From a virus: a DNA stretch of 64,000 nt. The translations under genes and the position numbers were made by a program. Shown here one piece after another: positions 36,972 through 43,249 of this stretch. The stretch's first letter is position 1. The number at the start of each line of letters is the position of its first letter. The stretch is taken from the IMG/VR virus record IMGVR_UViG_3300021400_000020, positions 32,001-96,000 of that record. One strand, 5' to 3'. Below the pieces are notes generated by a model. The model had not been told where the DNA came from, searched no databases, and saw only the letters and a list, made by a program, of their open reading frames with translations.

Positions 36972-37026
36972 TCCTTCCAAATCCTTTAAATCCCTGATAA
37001 AATTATAAATCCCAGATTAAGACAAT
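36972..37026 (+). repeat. C-family repeat whose last bases supply the ATG of the next gene
   Basis: ...AAATCCCAGATTAAGACAATG. The other copy reads GACAATA at the same place. Confidence 0.85.
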
Positions 37027-37477
37027 GGCACGAATCCACCGCAATGGCAACATGCTTATCAGACTTGATAGCATCGTAGCAGTATCATCCGACATGGACA
37101 AACCTAAAGAATTGGCGATTTTCACCAACTCACCAGGAATATTCAAAATCCATTTTGAAAAAGACGAGGAAGTAACCAAATACATCGACGACCTGCAAGC
37201 AAGAATCGAGAAGGAACTTCCCGATTCTATAACCATGAGCAAAAAAGAGAAGACCAACAAAGACTTAACAAGTAAAATAATCCGCTCTACTTTCATCCGA
37301 GGAGAGGAGGACGGCAAGAAGGACATGCTGGACGCTGCCTGTGACTACCTCGAAAGCATCGAGATAGACGTGTATTTCAACGCGAACAAAGAGAAGCCAG
37401 ACTTCGACTATGAGCGATTCGTCAATGACTTCCGCACCTCCCTCACCAAAAAACTCCTGTCTCCAAACACTCTTTAA
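37025..37477 (+). CDS. hypothetical protein (150 aa)
   Basis: ATG ORF. Confidence 0.7.
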   Translation: MARIHRNGNMLIRLDSIVAVSSDMDKPKELAIFTNSPGIFKIHFEKDEEVTKYIDDLQARIEKELPDSITMSKKEKTNKDLTSKIIRSTFIRGEEDGKKDMLDAACDYLESIEIDVYFNANKEKPDFDYERFVNDFRTSLTKKLLSPNTL

Positions 37478-37480
37478 AGA

Positions 37481-37717
37481 ATGACCTACCAGGAATACAT
37501 ACAGCGACATATCATTGCAGCTGATTACAAAGAGCAGAATAACCAATGCGAAGCCGTTCCCATGATTTCAAAAGAGAATGCAGAGAAGGCTTGTGAGTTG
37601 GCAGTGTGCAACTTCGCTCAGGACCTACTACCGCTCTGCGAGTCCGCAAGAAAAGAACTATTGAAAAAAGTAATCATCGATTTCAAAACAAAATATGGCA
37701 ACAGAGAAATGCTTTGA
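37481..37717 (+). CDS. hypothetical protein (78 aa)
   Basis: ATG 3 nt after the previous stop. Confidence 0.6.
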   Translation: MTYQEYIQRHIIAADYKEQNNQCEAVPMISKENAEKACELAVCNFAQDLLPLCESARKELLKKVIIDFKTKYGNREML

Positions 37718-37952
37718 CTTAGACAGCATCCGCCGAAGCTGTCCGCACGGTTCCAGCGTTAACTTTCCAGTCGGCACCGTCATGCACGTCAAAATCGGCG
37801 ACATGAACTGCATCAAATGCCCCTGCTTTGGAGGAGCCGACGAATCAAATCCAAGCAACCAAAAGGAGATGGCAATCATCTGTCACTACCCACACTTCAG
37901 TCAACCAATGAAAACATTTCAACAAAATGAATCGAGTCCACCAAAAACATAA
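37695..37952 (+). CDS. small Cys-containing hypothetical protein (85 aa)
   Basis: Overlaps the previous gene by 23 nt. CPHG...CIKCPC. Confidence 0.5.
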   Translation: MATEKCFDLDSIRRSCPHGSSVNFPVGTVMHVKIGDMNCIKCPCFGGADESNPSNQKEMAIICHYPHFSQPMKTFQQNESSPPKT

Positions 37953-38090
37953 TAGCCGATGAATCATCAACCTCCTTTCATCAAAAAAGGGAATAAATTG
38001 GGAAATATTTAAAATTGCAAATCAACCGATGTAGCATAACGAATGCGAGGCTCATCCCCTGATGGTGGTTCCAACCCACCCATCGGTTTT

Positions 38091-38159
38091 TCAGTTTTTC
38101 CGAACCAAGTTCCGCTTTCGGTCCTCCCTCTCCACCGTTCCCCGAAATTTTGTTTCGGG
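38091..38159 (+). repeat. B-like plus A-type hairpins
   Basis: ...CCGAACCAAGTTCCGCTTTCGG then CCACCGTTCCCCGAAATTTTGTTTCGGG (stem CCCGAAA/TTTCGGG). Confidence 0.8.
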
Positions 38160-38163
38160 TTTC

Positions 38164-38191
38164 ATCAACCCCATAAACCCATCAACAAATG
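38164..38191 (+). repeat. AACCCCAT leader running into the ATG at 38189
   Basis: ATCAACCCCATAAACCCATCAACAAATG. Confidence 0.7.
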
Positions 38192-38779
38192 TCCTCACCA
38201 AACACCCAAACAACCCAAGACACCCTCATTTCCCGCCCCACATTCAAATACAATATCGGGGATATACTCAAAATAAACAACATTAGTAGTTTTGTTTCTT
38301 CTGACCTAAACAAAGAGTACAACGACAACCTGCAGGTTATTTTCCGATTCTATGATGGAAACAACAATAACGTCTATATAGTGGAATGCGAAGACGGCTT
38401 TGCTTTCACACTCTGTGAGCAAGAAGCAGACTTGGTTAAACATTCCACAGTCCCGAACACACCACCTGACAACAAACCAGTGAATAGCCGTCAACTCGAC
38501 GAGGAAACCTACCAGGCACTGAGACGTTTGGGTGTGCTCGACACATCTGTCCGTTCCTACAACCGAGGCAAAAGCGACTATTCGCGCCACATCATCCAAC
38601 CGTGGAGCATCTGGCAAGAATACAACTTGAACCCGTGGGATGCCGACATCGTGAAGCGCATCCTCCGTACCAAACAAGGGGACAGCCGACGACTCGACTA
38701 CGAGAAAATCATCCACATCTGCGAAGAACGCATCCGACAAATAGAATGCGAAGCAGAGAATCCACAGCATAAGCATTGA
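38189..38779 (+). CDS. DUF3310-like protein (196 aa)
   Basis: C-terminal ...DYSRHIIQPWSIWQEYNLNPWDADIVKRILRTK... matches my recollection of the DUF3310 core. Confidence 0.65.
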   Translation: MSSPNTQTTQDTLISRPTFKYNIGDILKINNISSFVSSDLNKEYNDNLQVIFRFYDGNNNNVYIVECEDGFAFTLCEQEADLVKHSTVPNTPPDNKPVNSRQLDEETYQALRRLGVLDTSVRSYNRGKSDYSRHIIQPWSIWQEYNLNPWDADIVKRILRTKQGDSRRLDYEKIIHICEERIRQIECEAENPQHKH

Positions 38780-38792
38780 TGAATCCATCGGC

Positions 38793-38822
38793 TTTCTCCG
38801 TACCTCTCGGTTCTGCCGAGAG
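38793..38822 (+). repeat. B-type element (stem CTCTCGG/CCGAGAG, loop ttctg) followed by an orphan CAACCCCAT unit
   Basis: TTTCTCCGTACCTCTCGGTTCTGCCGAGAG. Confidence 0.85.
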
Positions 38823-39088
38823 CCTACTCATCAACCCCATAAGAAAGCATTATAGATTTCTTCATAATTCAGTTCGGACTTGTCTGCGAAGATAGGAACG
38901 AACGCCTCGCATAACCCTTGCCATTGAGCAAACAACATATCTCTCAGGCTTACCACAGCCCGCAGAGGGGATAATGGTACTAAACAGGATTCCCCTCCAT
39001 TTCAGAAATCCCTTCAAACCCTAAAAATCACAGACACATACGTCCCCGTGGTGTTTGGCAGCTGGGAAGGGGTAGCAGCCTCGGACTA

Positions 39089-39097
39089 CCCCCCCCC
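39089..39097 (+). repeat. C9 homopolymer, 22 nt upstream of the ATG at 39119
   Basis: ggactaCCCCCCCCCagtttt. Confidence 0.8.
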
Positions 39098-39118
39098 AGT
39101 TTTAATACACAACTTCAC

Positions 39119-39370
39119 ATGGTAATCATCGACGGAAGAAAAATATATGAACAACCTGCGTGCTGCGGACAATGCCCGTTCCTCTTCGACTACTCCACAC
39201 ACATGACCCCAGCCAAAGGACCATTGCCCTGCACACTCTTCAACGAAATGCACAGATACATGACCACCCCTCCACGCCGCTGCCAAAAACTCTTTAAGAA
39301 GGCATTCGAGTATTTCAACGACAGCGGCATCGACCTCTCCATCGTCAAAAACCAAAACAAAGAACAATGA
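39119..39370 (+). CDS. small Cys-rich hypothetical protein (83 aa)
   Basis: ATG ORF. CCGQCP...C. Confidence 0.6.
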   Translation: MVIIDGRKIYEQPACCGQCPFLFDYSTHMTPAKGPLPCTLFNEMHRYMTTPPRRCQKLFKKAFEYFNDSGIDLSIVKNQNKEQ

Positions 39371-39753
39371 AACTCTATATCTCCACACCCATCAACGCAC
39401 GTTCGGAAGCTACCTTCCAAGAGAAGTACGAGACAGCTCGGAAACGTGTGGAAGAAATCAAGGAACAACTGCCATCCATCTACCAGGAATGCTACGACAT
39501 CGTTTCCTCCTTCGACCTGAACCCACTCGGAACCTACACCGAAGCGGAAGCAATGGGAAGATGTATCCAAGCCGTCATGGAGTCCGACGCCATCCTGCTC
39601 GACGATGGTTGGGTGACATCCCAAGGATGCTGTCTTGAATTCCGCACAGCGGAAATCTACAACAAAATCATCTATTCCACCAGCCCCAACAACCCCATCA
39701 ATCCCATGAACCCCATCCTCCCAGATGGATTTCACAACAAATCTTATGTTTAA
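39367..39753 (+). CDS. DUF4406 / nucleoside 2-deoxyribosyltransferase-like protein (128 aa)
   Basis: MKLYISTPIN...SDAILLDDGWVTSQGCCLEFRTAEIY matches the DUF4406 pattern as I recall it. ATGA overlap with the previous gene. Confidence 0.6.
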   Translation: MKLYISTPINARSEATFQEKYETARKRVEEIKEQLPSIYQECYDIVSSFDLNPLGTYTEAEAMGRCIQAVMESDAILLDDGWVTSQGCCLEFRTAEIYNKIIYSTSPNNPINPMNPILPDGFHNKSYV

Positions 39754-39770
39754 TTGACCCCATCCACTAC

Positions 39771-39806
39771 AAAAAAAACGGTCCTTGCCTCACGACAAGA
39801 AACCGT
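39771..39806 (-). terminator. Intrinsic terminator for the (-) lysis operon in the convergent gap
   Basis: Minus-strand reading ACGGTttCTTG tcgtgagg CAAGgACCGT followed by T8. Confidence 0.55.
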
Positions 39807-39838
39807 CCAACGTAATTCAAAAACTAACTAACTTTTAA

Positions 39839-40387
39839 CTAAAATAATCTATAGTACACGCCTACCCCAACAAACGGCTCGGCGTTTTTGTTCTTCATTC
39901 CAAGACCAACACCACCCATCACACCAACACCCCAACGCGGATATTTCTTGATAGTAATTGTCTGTGTGTTGGTAATGATCGTCGTTCGCATCCTCAGTTC
40001 AATGGAGTCCAGCTTTGCATGATAGCCACTGACCCAAGCCCTATATAGACTATCCTCATAGATTGTCTGCTCAATCGGTATCTCCACCTGAACACTGTCC
40101 ATCATCTTATTGGCGTCAATAAGATGGTCGTCTTTCTCAGTAAGTGTCGGTTCTGCCGACACCTTCAGATACCCCACTTCGGTCCTTACCTGCATACTGT
40201 CCGTCGGTACGGGCTCGCGCACCCTCACGGTGTCATGCACCGTCACCGTGTCACTCACCGTCACCGTGTCCCTCGTCTCCTTGAACACAACACTCGGCTC
40301 ATAACAACTGCGCACACAAATCACAGCCAGCACAATCACAGCCAGCACCCCAATCGCACAGAGCTGCATCTTTGCTATATCCTTCAT
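39839..40387 (-). CDS. membrane-anchored lysis-cassette protein (182 aa), spanin-like candidate
   Basis: N-terminal transmembrane segment LCAIGVLAVIVLAVICV. Gly-rich beta-like C-terminus ending YYRLF. Lies directly downstream of the endolysin. Confidence 0.65.
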   Translation of the reverse strand: MKDIAKMQLCAIGVLAVIVLAVICVRSCYEPSVVFKETRDTVTVSDTVTVHDTVRVREPVPTDSMQVRTEVGYLKVSAEPTLTEKDDHLIDANKMMDSVQVEIPIEQTIYEDSLYRAWVSGYHAKLDSIELRMRTTIITNTQTITIKKYPRWGVGVMGGVGLGMKNKNAEPFVGVGVYYRLF

Positions 40388-40403
40388 AACATCTTGCTTT
40401 TAG

Positions 40404-40453
40404 TTACCGTTCCCGAAAGTTCTGCTTTCGGGTAAAAGAAAGTTCCGTTTTCG
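40404..40453 (+). repeat. A-type hairpin plus half-site (TAAAAGAAAGTTCCGTTTTCG)
   Basis: TTACCGTTCCCGAAAGTTCTGCTTTCGG, in (+) polarity although the flanking genes are on (-). Confidence 0.85.
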
Positions 40454-40458
40454 TTCTA

Positions 40459-40938
40459 TCAAACCGACAAACGCCGATAAATCGTTTTGCCTTCTTTGTT
40501 TCTGAACGCTTCAAGAACTTCATTCCTCTTTGCCGTTCTACCGTCTTGGTAGCTTACATGTATCCAGTCATAGTCGTATTCGTTGATAATCTGCTTGACA
40601 CCTATCTCTCCGTTCTTCATCATCTTCACAAGCAGGTCAAACAGAGCCTTGTTATCGGCTCTTGAATCGCTCTGGCTTCGAATGTCGGCGGCATTACCGT
40701 AGAGATGGTCACTGGTAGAAGCTCCACCAACAACCTTGTTCAACCTCGGACAACGATACCCACAGGTGACGACAATACTTCTATTATACTTGTTACGTAG
40801 TGGCTGGAGAACTTTCCTGCATAACGTCGCAAGTTTATTCTTGACAACAACACTGGGCGTATTGTCGATACCTAACCTTTGCGCTGTAGCTGATTTTATC
40901 AGCTCCTCAAGCGTGAAATTATCACTCAGTTTCATCAT
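40459..40938 (-). CDS. endolysin, peptidase M15 (VanY/L-alanyl-D-glutamate peptidase-like)
   Basis: FTLEELIKS..., SDHLYGNAADI (HxxxxxxD zinc motif) and DWIHVSY (distal His). Confidence 0.8.
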   Translation of the reverse strand: MMKLSDNFTLEELIKSATAQRLGIDNTPSVVVKNKLATLCRKVLQPLRNKYNRSIVVTCGYRCPRLNKVVGGASTSDHLYGNAADIRSQSDSRADNKALFDLLVKMMKNGEIGVKQIINEYDYDWIHVSYQDGRTAKRNEVLEAFRNKEGKTIYRRLSV

Positions 40939-41398
40939 GCTCCTTGTTTTCTTTGTTTTCCAATACTGAAAGCACCCTGTCTTTAAGGTCCTGGTTCTTT
41001 GCTATCTCTCTAAGTATGCGGATGAAATCCTCTTGCGCCTTCTTCTCCTTAACATTCGATGGCTCTACAATACTCTTCACCTCCACAAAGGAAATGTAGA
41101 ACGTACCGAGAAGCGTAAACAAGGGAACCATAGGAATATCATAGCGATACTCATGCCAAAGAAAGAATATCAGCCCGATTTGGACAGCATCCACAAAGGT
41201 CAATGCGATAAGCATGTTGTAATACTTGTTCAGCTTGTCGATGGTTCTGCGATATGCCTCGCTCGTCCTCATTTCACCTCGCTTCTTTGCCTTACGAACG
41301 CCGCTCCATAAATCAGCACCAATCAGTCCGAAGACGATGACATAGAACAACACCACCAGACAACCAACTATAATCAATGTTACTTCTCTTCCTTCCAT
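40922..41398 (-). CDS. holin-like membrane protein (158 aa)
   Basis: Three or more hydrophobic helices. Overlaps the endolysin start by 17 nt. Confidence 0.65.
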   Translation of the reverse strand: MEGREVTLIIVGCLVVLFYVIVFGLIGADLWSGVRKAKKRGEMRTSEAYRRTIDKLNKYYNMLIALTFVDAVQIGLIFFLWHEYRYDIPMVPLFTLLGTFYISFVEVKSIVEPSNVKEKKAQEDFIRILREIAKNQDLKDRVLSVLENKENKEHDETE

Positions 41399-41419
41399 TT
41401 TTTTTCTACATAATAATGA

Positions 41420-41689
41420 TTAAAGTACCATCAGAATGAATGCCTGGACAATAGCACCAATTCCGCTCCATTTCACATAGTTCTTCAAATCCTCTCGTTC
41501 CAATACACCGCTTTTCTTTTCCTGAGCCAACTCACGATATACGGCAAGCATACAAGCAAGTCCGCTAATCAAGAGACCCAAGACAAAAAAGACAATAGCA
41601 CCCACCTTGTTCCTGTCAACTGCCTTCAAACTATCAAGCCATTTCATATTACATTGTTTTTTAGTGTTACCAAATATTACCCCACTCAT
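41420..41689 (-). CDS. small two-TM membrane protein (start at 41689 or 41647)
   Basis: VGAIVFFVLGLLISGLACMLAV and GIGAIVQAFILMVL. Confidence 0.6.
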   Translation of the reverse strand: MSGVIFGNTKKQCNMKWLDSLKAVDRNKVGAIVFFVLGLLISGLACMLAVYRELAQEKKSGVLEREDLKNYVKWSGIGAIVQAFILMVL

Positions 41690-41828
41690 CCTCTTTCTCC
41701 GTATGTGAAGGCTCTGCCTTTACCTGTGGAGTTGCACAACCCTCGTGATAGGAATAGAACTGCGCATAGTCTGCATCTAATTCAGTTTCACGAGTTATCA
41801 TTGCTGGTTTTAAATATTCCTTTTTCAT
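41667..41828 (-). CDS. possible small protein (53 aa) coupled by ATGA overlap to the upstream gene
   Basis: MKKEYLKPAMITRETELD... taken from the internal ATG of track ORF 41667..42044. Confidence 0.35.
   Translation of the reverse strand: MKKEYLKPAMITRETELDADYAQFYSYHEGCATPQVKAEPSHTEKEDEWGNIW
41694..41723 (+). repeat. B-like element (TTTCTCCGTAT + GTGAAGGC/GCCTTTAC)
   Basis: Read directly from the sequence. Confidence 0.6.
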
Positions 41829-42082
41829 TGCTCTGTCAATAATTGAATAATTCCTTGTCCTACTACGGAGCACAAGAAAGTTAATATCATTGTCCACCAA
41901 CTGTGGTCTTTCTTGTACTCGACACGAAAGTAAACCACGTAAAAGATACTCATAATCACTCCCGAATGTGCGGCATTGTACCAGTTGCACGAACTCAATC
42001 CTACCACCAAACCCGCCAACATCCATGCCCAGCGAGTTTTCCACTTGAAAATTCTGCCGATAAATTTAATAATTTCTTTCAT
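41825..42082 (-). CDS. small membrane protein (85 aa)
   Basis: Hydrophobic helices WAWMLAGLVVGL and WWTMILTFLCSVV. Confidence 0.6.
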   Translation of the reverse strand: MKEIIKFIGRIFKWKTRWAWMLAGLVVGLSSCNWYNAAHSGVIMSIFYVVYFRVEYKKDHSWWTMILTFLCSVVGQGIIQLLTEQ

Positions 42083-42144
42083 ATTCCTTCTTGTTATTTG
42101 GGGTTAATACTAAAATATTGATAAAAAGTCTCAATTTCCAAAAC

Positions 42145-43239
42145 CTATTCCACCGCTTTCGCGTACCTTGGAATCGAAGCGAGGTGCCATAAGCACTGAG
42201 TAAGCGATTCGATACACAGATACACAACGCCCTCGTCAAGATAATACAAGCCTTCCACCAGCTCCATGTTTATACTGAAAGGAATAGGATTTTCCAATGT
42301 GCCTTCATCAGCACCACCCTTCACAACTTGGGTGAACAACGATGTGGCAACTCTTGGATTCCAGTTGTCTTGTGCCGTATGTGTCTGCACCACCTTCCAG
42401 AGCGCATCATCATAGTAGTAACGCTCATCTTTCTTCAGCTCCTTACCAAGCATCGACTCCCAAGATGGAAAGAGTTCAATACACTCCAAAGCGGCATCAT
42501 CATCTCGCTCCACCACCGTTGGCAACACCATCTTCTTTAAAGCAGCGACTACATCCTTGGCGGTTGGCTCCTTCTTCACGTAGGTAAATATCTCGTCACC
42601 GAAGGAAAGCGGTTCAGGATAGCCGTCTTGATAGTCGTATTCATGGACAGCCGCGTAAGTCTCCAAGCCTTCAATCGACAACTGATGACTGTTAGTCATG
42701 TCGTAGCACTCAGCGGCATACACCTCCAAGTCCTTCAGCATCGACCTCGCACTCGCAATCGGCACGTTGAACAAATGACAATTCCCAAAGGAGAGATTGG
42801 TGGTTCTCTTGCCTTTCTCTTCTTCTGCGTCAAGCCTCGAAAGAATACTGGTACGTGTGGTTTTGTCTATCCAGCAGTTCTTGTCCTCATAGCGGAAGAC
42901 ATTGACATCCTCCGACGATCCGTAAGCCGAGTTAAGTGCGAACAACAACTTCTTAGATGCCTCAAACAGCTCATCGTCTTCTACATGCACATTGAAAGTA
43001 TGGACAAGCGCATTACTGACACCTTCAAGCTCCTGAACACTACACAGCCTTCCCGACCCAATGATGGCATCGGCAACCTCCGTGATGGTAGGCACTTCCT
43101 CTGACTTGAACTGCACACTGTCTGCTTCCCATTCTCCATCATCAGACGGGGCGACATTATAGTTCAAAGTAATATAAATCACTTGTGGACCTACACTCGT
43201 CACCATCTGACTTGGCTTCTCTGTAAATTTCTGTTTCAT
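42145..43239 (-). CDS. hypothetical protein downstream of the DGR RT (364 aa from ATG 43239)
   Basis: Track ORF 42145..43272 would overlap the RT stop. ATG 43239 (MKQKFTEKP...) avoids the overlap. Confidence 0.75.
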   Translation of the reverse strand: MKQKFTEKPSQMVTSVGPQVIYITLNYNVAPSDDGEWEADSVQFKSEEVPTITEVADAIIGSGRLCSVQELEGVSNALVHTFNVHVEDDELFEASKKLLFALNSAYGSSEDVNVFRYEDKNCWIDKTTRTSILSRLDAEEEKGKRTTNLSFGNCHLFNVPIASARSMLKDLEVYAAECYDMTNSHQLSIEGLETYAAVHEYDYQDGYPEPLSFGDEIFTYVKKEPTAKDVVAALKKMVLPTVVERDDDAALECIELFPSWESMLGKELKKDERYYYDDALWKVVQTHTAQDNWNPRVATSLFTQVVKGGADEGTLENPIPFSINMELVEGLYYLDEGVVYLCIESLTQCLWHLASIPRYAKAVE

Positions 43240-43249
43240 TTTTTTGATT

